The notes beneath the pieces were generated by a model, which saw only the letters and a program-made list of their open reading frames with translations, was not told the DNA's origin and searched no databases. Shown in pieces: positions 1 to 7,196 of a stretch of 32,000 nt of DNA; positions within the stretch are counted from its first letter, which is position 1; every line of letters begins with the position of its first letter. The DNA is from Candidatus Iainarchaeum sp. (lineage in GTDB: Archaea; Iainarchaeota; Iainarchaeia; Iainarchaeales; JACQJH01). Both the position numbers and the translations under genes were made by a program. The stretch is from positions 210,001 through 242,000 of the forward strand of contig JACQJH010000001.1 of NCBI GenBank assembly GCA_016205145.1. Direction: 5' to 3'.

Positions 1-659
1 ATCTTTTCCTTCTGCTTTTCAAGCTGCCCGGCGATTTTTTCCTTTTCCTTGTTCAGCCTGGCAAGGCAAACATTTTGAATCAGTTCGGGTGTCATGTCCT
101 TCAAAGTCAGGCTGTCAGGGTCATAGCCTGCGTCCCTCATGTCCTTTTTCTTGTCAGCAGGAATTGGCATTTTTCCTTCGCTGATCTGGCTACAGAACAA
201 CTGCGAATCAGAATCGCACGAGCTTGACTCCGCGTCTATTGTGCCGCACGCGGTTGGAGCATCCTCTTTTATCGCGCCGACAATTTCGTTTGTCAAAGCG
301 TCCCTGTCGGTTTTGCAGCCCTCAATGAACTTTGCGCTGTTTGATGCAACCCAAGTGTAGGCGGTCGTCATTGCCTTTGTGACGTCCTCTTCAGCCACGT
401 ATTGCGAGTCGGCAAAGCTTGATGAAACATAGCTGTCTATTCCCATGCCGGAATCAAAGCCGAATCCGCCAAATCCCTGCTCGTCTTGCTGTCCGCCGAA
501 GCCTTGCTGCTGGCCGAAACCCTGCTGGAAACCCTGGCCTTGGCCCTGCTGCGGAAACTGTCCCTGCTGCGGAAACTGCGCAAACGCCAAGCCGGCAAAA
601 ACCGCGAACGCGAAAAGCAATGCGATTATTCCAATGCCTTTTTTCTGCAAATTGACCAC
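1..659 (-). CDS. Secreted or membrane-anchored hypothetical protein with a Gln/Gly-rich linker. Only the N-terminal part is in the window; the ORF runs off at position 1 and is absent from the ORF track.
   Basis: Manual minus-strand translation from GTG 659 (alternative TTG 665 or 650) gives VVNLQKKGIGIIALLFAFAVFAGLAFAQ, which is signal/TM-like. It continues FPQQGQFPQQGQGQGFQQGFGQQQGFGGQQ..., then ...TAYTWVASNSAKFIEGCKTDRDALTNEIV...CGTIDAESSSCDSDSQLFC.... The frame stays open to position 1. Confidence 0.6.
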   Translation of the reverse strand, partial: MVNLQKKGIGIIALLFAFAVFAGLAFAQFPQQGQFPQQGQGQGFQQGFGQQQGFGGQQDEQGFGGFGFDSGMGIDSYVSSSFADSQYVAEEDVTKAMTTAYTWVASNSAKFIEGCKTDRDALTNEIVGAIKEDAPTACGTIDAESSSCDSDSQLFCSQISEGKMPIPADKKKDMRDAGYDPDSLTLKDMTPELIQNVCLARLNKEKEKIAGQLEKQKEK

Positions 660-710
660 TGTCAAAGCAAAGTTTAATCCCCTATTTAAGCTTTGCTTTT
701 TAGCTTTTCG

Positions 711-773
711 AACCGGCGGTTTCGTCCGCCGGGTCCGAAACCAAGGCGTATTGCTGATGCAATACGCCGAGTA
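711..773 (+). repeat. Hairpin-module repeat, locus E: CCGGCGG-TTTCGT-CCGCCGG hairpin, GTCCGAAACCAA linker, GGCGTATTGC-TGAT-GCAATACGCC hairpin, then GAGTA.
   Basis: Read directly. Positions 714-749 are an exact 36-nt reverse-complement match to 21122-21157. Confidence 0.85.
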
Positions 774-841
774 TGCCAGCATATGATGCAAAAGTGCACA
801 CTTGGCTTGTATTTGTGCCTGCAACCGGAATCGTTTTTCTT

Positions 842-2023
842 TTACCAGCCGTAGCTTTTCGCGCGCGAATACTGCAGGGCTGAGAAAACGCGGATTGTTT
901 TGAGCTTTGGCAGTTTTGGGTTTGCCAGCAGCCTCAATCCGACAAGCAGCTTGTCCGAAAACGTCAGGCTTGTCAGGTTTTCCGGCATTATGCCGCCCAT
1001 TTCGTTCAGCTTTTTCTCGTCGAAAGTGTAAAGGCTTTTCTTTCCGCCGATAATGGAACCGTAATTGGGGAACTCCTTTCTCCATTTTTCAGAGTATTCC
1101 GCGAAAGCCTTTTCCGAAAAATCGTTTTGCTTCGCCGCCTTCGCAATCGTTTCCGCGCAAAGCCTGCCTGACATGAGTGAAAGAGCCGTGCCGCCTTCAA
1201 ACATCGGGGACGTAAAACCTGCCGCATCTCCGACCAAGGCAAACCTTTCCCCGCACGTTTTCGAAACCGGCCCGGATTCCGGTATGAGCCCGCCGAAAGT
1301 TTTTGTCACCTTCTTGTCCTCGAGCCGCATTTCCCTGATGAAACCGTCAAGGAATGCCTTTGCTTTTCCCTTTTCATTCGTAACTATTCCGACATTCGCC
1401 CTGTTCCCGCTTTTCGGGATAATCCAGGCATAACCGTGCGGCGCGAATTTGGTGGAAAAAAAGAAGTCGATTAAATCCTGGTCGACCAGGCCGTGCATTT
1501 CAACCTGCACGCCAATCACTGTTTCAGGTTTCCTGTTGATTCCGGTTTTCTGCGAAAAAACCGACGTCGGGCCGGAAGCATCGACAACGGTTTTGGCAAT
1601 GAATGTTCCGCCGCTGGTCTGTATGCGCCATCCTTCCGTGTCTTTCACGAACTGTTCCGCCCGCGTGTTCAAAAAGATTTTTGCGCCGGCTGCCTGCGCC
1701 TCGCCCACAATGAACCTTTCAAACTTGTGCTTTTCGAGCACAAAGCCTTTTTCGCGCACAACGGAATTCTTTCCGTTCGGAAAAATCACGCGGATGCCTT
1801 CAACGCGCTTTGAAATCACGCTGTCGGGCAGCTTCAGGCCGATCCTGTCAACCGCCAGTTCGGAAAGGCATTCGCCGCAGTGCACGGGTTCGCCAACCGC
1901 GGGGTGCTCTTCAATCACGCAAACACTGAGGCCGAGCCTGGCGCAATGCAATGCAGTTGAGCCTCCGGCCGGGCCCGAGCCTATGACCGCGACATCAAAA
2001 ACGTTTTCAGCCAAGCAAAACAA
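842..2023 (-). CDS. Geranylgeranyl reductase family FAD-dependent oxidoreductase (digeranylgeranylglycerophospholipid reductase-like).
   Basis: 393-aa ORF with N-terminal FAD motif VAVIGSGPAGG, ...HCGECLS..., and LVGDAAGFTSPMFEGG. Length and motif order are typical of archaeal GGR. The start is TTG. Confidence 0.9.
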   Translation of the reverse strand: MFCLAENVFDVAVIGSGPAGGSTALHCARLGLSVCVIEEHPAVGEPVHCGECLSELAVDRIGLKLPDSVISKRVEGIRVIFPNGKNSVVREKGFVLEKHKFERFIVGEAQAAGAKIFLNTRAEQFVKDTEGWRIQTSGGTFIAKTVVDASGPTSVFSQKTGINRKPETVIGVQVEMHGLVDQDLIDFFFSTKFAPHGYAWIIPKSGNRANVGIVTNEKGKAKAFLDGFIREMRLEDKKVTKTFGGLIPESGPVSKTCGERFALVGDAAGFTSPMFEGGTALSLMSGRLCAETIAKAAKQNDFSEKAFAEYSEKWRKEFPNYGSIIGGKKSLYTFDEKKLNEMGGIMPENLTSLTFSDKLLVGLRLLANPKLPKLKTIRVFSALQYSRAKSYGW

Positions 2024-2143
2024 CCTTTAAGATAGAAGCCAGAAGCCCTTTTTATTATTTGTTCCAAAACGTGTTTTCGGCGCATGGCCGAAAACAAGGC
2101 ATCCGCTTCATGAGGCGTCAGGTATGCCTGTTGGCTATTGGCT

Positions 2144-3676
2144 TTAAGACCAGCAGTTTTTCACAGTGTATTCAAGCGAAGCGCTTGAGTCCGCTTCAAC
2201 GGGCACGGAGAACTCGAACGTGTACGCGTCCTTTTTCACGTACTCGAAGTTCGCCTTTGTTATCTGCGCGTTGCCGCCCGCGTTCTCGATTGCCTTCACT
2301 GTAATCTTCTCTTTCTTGTGGTTCCTTATGTCGACCTTGTACGATTGCACCGAGCAGGCCGGAAGGTTCTGCTGTTCAACCGTGGTTTTTTGCGCGGCAA
2401 TGTCGAATGCATAGCCGACAAACAGCTTCCTTTCCTCGTCTTTCGGAGTATGAGTTATGCTGTCTTCGCCCAGGAACTGCGCATTGCTTCCGTCGGCCTT
2501 GTAAACCCTCACAGTGCCGGCAGGCAATGGCATTCCGAGACTGCTTTTTTCGTCGTTCTTGAAGTTGACCATGACTTTAACGCTGTTCGCGCCATCCGAA
2601 TCGCTGCCCGTATAATAGTAGCGGTTGCCCTCGAAGACGAATTCCTTCTGCACTGCAACGCTTTTCGCGCGCAGCAGGGAAATCTGCTTCGACTCCTTGT
2701 CCAAAACGTCGGTTTTCCGGTCAAGCGTGTAAGTATGGTATTCGAAAGCGTTGGCCTGCGAAAAGCCTGGCGCGCTTCCCCCTGCGGCATCCGCTGCCTT
2801 GGATTCTGCCAGCATGGGCACAGGGTAGGCGTTTCTGCCCTGCAGATTCAGTTGTCCGGCAAGCAATGTGAGCGAGGCATTCCTGAAATCAATGCCGGTG
2901 CTGTTTGAAACAGTCACGTTTCCAGAAAAGTCCATTGCGGTCTCGTCATCATTGAGCTTTGCAACGTAGTCCGCGCTCCAGCCGAGGCCGCCGGTCAGAT
3001 AGCTGACATTGACTTTCCTGTTGCCGGAGCTTTCCGCGAAAACTTTGAGCACAAGCGTGGGCTTTGTCAGCAAACCGGGTTTCTGCCCGAACGAAACCGT
3101 TGAAACGTTCTGCAATGAAACTATGCCGTCCTGAGTTTCAAGGACTATGCCGTCGGAATGGCTCAGCAGCTTTCCGGTGTATGATTTCGCTTCCGCGCCG
3201 CCCTGCACTTCAACTGTTATGGTTTCGCCGACAAATTTTTCCAGCAAAGCCTGCCTTGACGCGGTATCATAATCGTAATTCTGTTCCGCTACGAAAGTTT
3301 CAGGGAACATGAGATCATTGAACAAAACCGTGCCCGTGTCGATGAGCTGTGAAACGTCGCTGAAGTTCACTAGATTCAGGCCCTTTTCAAGGGAAATCTC
3401 CCTTGTCTCGTTCACCAGGCCGAGATTGCCCTGGTAGATTGTAAGCGCGAGGCCTGCATTGTCCGGCAGGCTCTGGACTTCCTGTGCAAACGCCTGCAGG
3501 TAGGCTTTCGGCCTTTCCGAGGAAACGACCTTCGAATACTCGCCTATCCTGTACTGCGGTGTTTCCTTCATTCCGGGGTTGAACAGCAATGCAACCACTC
3601 CGACAATGAAAATGACCGCGATGACCGCCAGCAGCTTTTTCGCAAAACCATTTTCCAGAAAATCCTTTCCAACCAT
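2144..3676 (-). CDS. DUF4139-like membrane-anchored protein.
   Basis: 510-aa ORF with an N-terminal TM helix (LLAVIAVIFIVGVVALLF). The central motif VSYLTGGLGWSADYVAKL resembles the conserved W-x-x-Y core of DUF4139 proteins. The family call is by eye only. Confidence 0.7.
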   Translation of the reverse strand: MVGKDFLENGFAKKLLAVIAVIFIVGVVALLFNPGMKETPQYRIGEYSKVVSSERPKAYLQAFAQEVQSLPDNAGLALTIYQGNLGLVNETREISLEKGLNLVNFSDVSQLIDTGTVLFNDLMFPETFVAEQNYDYDTASRQALLEKFVGETITVEVQGGAEAKSYTGKLLSHSDGIVLETQDGIVSLQNVSTVSFGQKPGLLTKPTLVLKVFAESSGNRKVNVSYLTGGLGWSADYVAKLNDDETAMDFSGNVTVSNSTGIDFRNASLTLLAGQLNLQGRNAYPVPMLAESKAADAAGGSAPGFSQANAFEYHTYTLDRKTDVLDKESKQISLLRAKSVAVQKEFVFEGNRYYYTGSDSDGANSVKVMVNFKNDEKSSLGMPLPAGTVRVYKADGSNAQFLGEDSITHTPKDEERKLFVGYAFDIAAQKTTVEQQNLPACSVQSYKVDIRNHKKEKITVKAIENAGGNAQITKANFEYVKKDAYTFEFSVPVEADSSASLEYTVKNCWS

Positions 3677-3760
3677 TCTTTCTCACCACAAAACTCTTTT
3701 CCGCTAACACAATAAACGCGCGACTTTTATAAATCATTTTGCTTTTGTTTAGGCGAAAGG

Positions 3761-4849
3761 CTAACCGCCCAACGCTTTGAAATCGATGTTCCTGCAGACC
3801 GCGGCTTTTTTGCCGAAAAAGAATGCGTGCAGCTTTTCCTTTCCCGACAGCTTTTCCTCTATCCTTTTTTTCATTGCAAGCTGTTCTTCCTGGCCAAACT
3901 TTCCGCGCAAAACAACCTTTCCAGTGCCCAGCCTTTGGAGCGCGGGCACAAGCGCGCTTTCATCCGCGTTTTCCAGCGTTTCAAGCACCCTGAACCTGTT
4001 TTTGAAAAACGCGCTTGCAAGCTCTTCGTCTGCGGACAAAAACTTTTCGTTGAAACCCCATGCTTTTCCGCCCAGAGCTTCCAGCAGTTTTTCCTTCAGG
4101 CCTGCCTTTCCGACAATTTCATCCAGTTCGAACAGGAAACCGCCGAGCTTTTCATCCGGGGCAGAGTTTTGCGCGCCATCGCCTTCAATCCTTTCGCCTT
4201 CAGGCAAAACGACCGCGGAAACCACCGCTTTTTTGAGCTTGCCAAAATAAAGGCTTACGCAGTTCGGCTCGTGCTCCAATGAAACGAATTCCTTTTCACA
4301 GTCAGCAGGCAAATCCTTCAATGCAAGCTCATGCGAAACCTCAACGCAAACGATTTCCACCCCGGCTTTCTTCGCAAACTCTATGAGTTCGCGGGTGTCC
4401 GGCTGTGTCTTGTGCAAATCCTTTTCCCTTCTCTCCGCGCTTCTCCTTGAAGGATCGGCGAAGACGACTTCCGCTTTCAGCGCCTTCAGGTCGGCTTTCC
4501 TGTAATCCGCGCGGATGAATTCAATGTTTCTGCACCCGTATGCTTTGGCATTCATTTTTGCGCACTCTATTGCCTCGGCATCGTTGTCGAAAGCGAAAAC
4601 CCTTTTGCAGTTTTTAGCCAAGGCAATCGCGTCCATGCCGATGCCGCAGCACAAATCAACGCCAATCCCTGCCTTCAGCCTGCCTGCGCGATAGAACGCG
4701 ACCTTTTCCGGCGTCGCCTGCTCCAATGCGGCTTTTGAAGGGAAAAACATTTCCCTGGCCCTTGAAAACTTTTTCTTTGCGAAAAAGCGCAACTCCTTGA
4801 GTTCCTGCTTTGAAATTTCCGGCATGCAAGAATGCTTGTGGAGAAACAA
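3761..4849 (-). CDS. Class I SAM-dependent methyltransferase with a C-terminal extension, possibly THUMP-like.
   Basis: 362-aa ORF. SAM motif I is VDLCCGIGMDAIALA, followed by VFAFDNDAEAIECAK and a post-motif FADPSRR. The true start may be the internal Met at 4825. Confidence 0.8.
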   Translation of the reverse strand: MFLHKHSCMPEISKQELKELRFFAKKKFSRAREMFFPSKAALEQATPEKVAFYRAGRLKAGIGVDLCCGIGMDAIALAKNCKRVFAFDNDAEAIECAKMNAKAYGCRNIEFIRADYRKADLKALKAEVVFADPSRRSAERREKDLHKTQPDTRELIEFAKKAGVEIVCVEVSHELALKDLPADCEKEFVSLEHEPNCVSLYFGKLKKAVVSAVVLPEGERIEGDGAQNSAPDEKLGGFLFELDEIVGKAGLKEKLLEALGGKAWGFNEKFLSADEELASAFFKNRFRVLETLENADESALVPALQRLGTGKVVLRGKFGQEEQLAMKKRIEEKLSGKEKLHAFFFGKKAAVCRNIDFKALGG

Positions 4850-4908
4850 TTTAAAACGCGCCCAGCCGGCAACAGCCTTTTATTCACAAAAAGCAATTCT
4901 TTTTTTTC

Positions 4909-5502
4909 ATGCGCAAAATTTCACGGCCCGGAATGATTGCAATAATCCTGCTTGCCTTGGGCCTGCTGCTTTTGGGCTGTGTTTCCCCGCCTTCGACTGC
5001 GCCTCCCTCCGGCGTGCCACCGCCGGACCGCATTCCCACAAAAGAAGAGCGCGCCGCTTCGAAGTGCGTTCTCACAAATTATGGGCACATTGTTCCCGGA
5101 GAAACGGAATGCGAATTGCTTTGGGGCTATCCTTCGTACAAGCCGGTTGCCGCGGCCTGCGCCAACCTTGAAGCGCCGGATATTCCATCAGATATTGCCG
5201 GTCCGCCTGGAACAGGCAACCTTGTTGAATGCACTGATGAAGGGTTGGCGCACAAGGACTGCTGTGATTCCCTGAAAATAGTCTGGCCTGACTGGACCTG
5301 CTCGGCCGGCAGGCTGTACTGCCTTGGCTCACATGGCCTTGCGCAGCAAAAGCGCCTCTCCGGTCACAGCGCGCGCTGCGCAACGTGCGAGGACATGTGC
5401 CCGCCCAGCTTCGGCACGTGCAAGAATGGCGTGTGCTACGCGAAAAACCAGCCCGGCAACTGGACTCAGCGCGTGGACTGCAAAACCCTAAAACCGAAAT
5501 GA
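4909..5502 (+). CDS. Cysteine-rich secreted protein with a lipobox-like signal peptide.
   Basis: 197-aa ORF. The signal is MRKISRPGMIAIILLALGLLLLGC (L-L-G-C lipobox-like), followed by a Pro-rich linker. About 15 further Cys follow, including CATCEDMCPPSFGTCKNGVC. Confidence 0.7.
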   Translation: MRKISRPGMIAIILLALGLLLLGCVSPPSTAPPSGVPPPDRIPTKEERAASKCVLTNYGHIVPGETECELLWGYPSYKPVAAACANLEAPDIPSDIAGPPGTGNLVECTDEGLAHKDCCDSLKIVWPDWTCSAGRLYCLGSHGLAQQKRLSGHSARCATCEDMCPPSFGTCKNGVCYAKNQPGNWTQRVDCKTLKPK

Positions 5503-5581
5503 AATCCGGCTTCTTTGCTTCTTCGTTTACTGACGAAAACAGCAAACATATTTAAGAACGGCCGAGCCAAATTATTTACCG

Positions 5582-5812
5582 GTGATTTGTTTGGCGAGAA
5601 AGTTCACTGTTGTCGTTGAAAAGGACCAAGACGGCGTTTTTGTAGCATCGGTTCCGGAACTACCCGGATGCCATACGCAGGCAGACTCCCTGAAAGAGCT
5701 TAAGGCAAACATAAAGGAAGCGATTGAAGCCTATTTGGAATCCATGGAAAAGGATGAGCTTCCAACAACTAAATTCGTCGGAATCAGGGAAGTCGAGGTT
5801 GCGGCAAAGTGA
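5582..5812 (+). CDS. hicB: HicB family antitoxin (UPF0150-like).
   Basis: 76-aa ORF. FTVVVEKDQDGVFVASVPELPGCHTQADSLKELKANIKEAIEAYLE is the typical HicB N-domain pattern. It overlaps the downstream HicA by 4 nt (GTGA). Confidence 0.85.
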   Translation: MICLARKFTVVVEKDQDGVFVASVPELPGCHTQADSLKELKANIKEAIEAYLESMEKDELPTTKFVGIREVEVAAK

Positions 5813-6036
5813 CAGCGCTCAGGCCAGTGAAGCCTGAGCAAATACTGAAAGTCGCCAAGCTGCTCGGCTTTGAACTTGTGCATGTCAGAGGCTCCCACCA
5901 CGTTTTCAAAAACGCGGCTGGCAAGCGGATAACTATTCCGGTCCACAAAGGCAAGCTTATTGGCAAGGGCCTGCTGTTGAAAATAATCAGGGAAGACTTC
6001 GGTCTGACGAAAGAAGAATTCGAACGCTTGTTGTGA
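5809..6036 (+). CDS. hicA: HicA family mRNA-interferase toxin.
   Basis: 75-aa ORF. KPEQILKVAKLLGFELVHVRGSHHVFKN...ITIPVHKGKLIGKGLLLKIIRE is the YcfA/HicA pattern with the catalytic GSHH. Confidence 0.9.
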   Translation: MTALRPVKPEQILKVAKLLGFELVHVRGSHHVFKNAAGKRITIPVHKGKLIGKGLLLKIIREDFGLTKEEFERLL

Positions 6037-6108
6037 ATGTGCAAAATAATCATCTCATTACTGCTCACGCTTGAAATGAAGTGAAAATTTTTATTCTGCG
6101 CCGGCGTT

Positions 6109-6597
6109 GTGGTTTGCATGAACAGGCAAACGCTTTTCAGGCTCGCTGCTTCAATCGCAATCTGCGGGCTTGCCGGCGCAGTCGGCTCAATCTTCACGTT
6201 TCCCGCAATCGCTTCGTGGTATGCGTCAATCAACAAGCCTTACTTCACTCCGCCGAACTGGGTTTTCGGCCCGGTTTGGACAGCGCTTTTCCTGCTCATG
6301 GGCATAGCGCTTTTCCTTGTGTGGGAAAAAGGCTTTCAGGAAAAGGAAAACAAGTTCGCGGTAAAGGTTTTCGGCGCACAGCTCGCCTTGAACGTTTTGT
6401 GGTCACTGCTTTTCTTCGGCCTGCACAACCCTTTCCTAGCAATGATTGAAATCGTTGCGCTCTGGCTGGCGATTGCCGCGACAACCATTCTGTTCAGCCG
6501 CATCGACAGGCGCGCGGCTTTGCTGCTGCTGCCTTACCTTGCGTGGGTTTCATTTGCGGCGTTCCTCAACTATTCGGTCTGGCTTTTGAACGCCTGA
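6109..6597 (+). CDS. tspO: TspO/MBR family tryptophan-rich sensory protein.
   Basis: 162-aa ORF with five TM segments. Motifs: WYASINKPYFTPPNWVFGPVWTALFLLMG ... NVLWSLLFFG ... LLLLPYLAWVSFAAFLN. Confidence 0.92.
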   Translation: MVCMNRQTLFRLAASIAICGLAGAVGSIFTFPAIASWYASINKPYFTPPNWVFGPVWTALFLLMGIALFLVWEKGFQEKENKFAVKVFGAQLALNVLWSLLFFGLHNPFLAMIEIVALWLAIAATTILFSRIDRRAALLLLPYLAWVSFAAFLNYSVWLLNA

Positions 6598-6608
6598 AAA
6601 AAGCAGGT

Positions 6609-6964
6609 TTACTCGGCGTGTCGCGCAGCGGCACGCCTTAATCCCGACGCAGGGGGCTCCGCCCCCTTGCAAACCCCTGAAACATTTACCGCTACTTACT
6701 CGGCGGTTCACAACGTGAACCGCCTTGGTTTCGGCACACGCGCCCGAAAGCGCGTTGTCCTTTGTTAATGCAAAAGCAGATGGGTACGGCGCAACAGCGA
6801 AATATCCGTCGTCGAGCCCGCTTGTGAAATCATCGCCATCAGGCGCAGCGCTATGCGAGCAAAGCGAGCGCAGGGGTTGCACCCCTTGCGAACCCTGCAA
6901 AGCATGCGTGGTGTTCCGCAGCAGCGCGAACACCACAAAGCGCACCAGCCGGGCGTGACGGCTT
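6609..6964 (-). repeat. Hairpin-module repeat, locus A. It is the longest composite and starts 1 nt after the tRNA-Asp 3' end.
   Basis: Minus-sense order of modules:
- AGCCG-TCACGCC-CGGCTGGTGCG.
- GTGGTGTTC...GAACACCAC hairpin.
- GCAAGGGG-TGCA-ACCCCTGCG hairpin.
- A linker.
- ...CCGAAACCAAGGCG-[GTTCAC GTT GTGAAC]-CGCCGAGTAA.
- AAATGTTTCAGGGG.
- GCAAGGGGG-CGGA-GCCCCCTGCG.
- AAGGCG-[TGCCGC TGC GCGACA]-CGCCGAGTAA. Confidence 0.85.
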
Positions 6965-7125
6965 CGCCCGCACCGGGAGTCGGACCCGGCCCACGGCCTC
7001 GCTGCATTGCAGTACTCCATAAAAGAAACTTTTCTTTCTTTTTGGGGTAAAGCACTTTTTCTTTCTTCGCAAGAAAGAAAAAGGGCTTCGACAGGGCCGT
7101 ATCCTAGCCGATAGACCATACGGGC
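6965..7125 (-). tRNA. tRNA-Asp (GTC) with an approximately 89-nt intron at or near position 37/38.
   Basis: Hand fold:
- Acceptor: GCCCGTA/TGCGGGC, discriminator G.
- D arm: GTCT-ATCGGCTA-GGAT.
- Anticodon stem: CGGCC/GGCCG; loop CTGTCGA.
- T arm: CCGGG-TCCGACT-CCCGG.
- Intron: about 7000-7088. A CUGU/GCAG 4-bp helix flanked by 3-nt bulges (BHB-like) can be drawn. Confidence 0.8.
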
Positions 7126-7196
7126 TTTTTGCCGAAGTTATTTTGTCCGGCGTTTTGTTTTTATTTGTTGCGCGGCCATTTTTGCCGGACCTTTGT

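Noticed and set aside
445-786. Listed 113-aa plus-strand ORF with a striking Cys/Pro/Trp-rich sequence (CCPPKPCCWPKPCWKPWPWPCCGNCPCCGNC).
   Set aside because: It is the antisense reading of the Q/G-rich repeat of the minus-strand secreted-protein gene. It also runs into the non-coding repeat at 711-773. The minus-strand frame has a signal peptide and stays open to the window edge.
2070-2140. Hairpin GTTTTCGGC-GCATG-GCCGAAAAC followed by AAGGCAT..., weakly resembling the CCGAAACCAAGGCG module.
   Set aside because: The similarity is too degenerate to assign to the repeat family by eye. It is probably just the terminator hairpin of the DUF4139 gene.
6609-6964. Possibility that the recurring hairpins form a CRISPR array.
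   Set aside because: There is no constant-length direct repeat with regular spacers. The modules differ in sequence, order and orientation and are dispersed over 30 kb. No cas genes are present.
6550-7119. Listed 189-aa minus-strand ORF, plus the smaller ORFs at 6725-6958, 6765-7055, 6851-7072 and 6853-7050.
   Set aside because: They lie entirely over tRNA-Asp, its intron and the hairpin-repeat block. Repeat copies at other loci differ by indels and frame, so the conservation is at the nucleotide or structure level, not coding.
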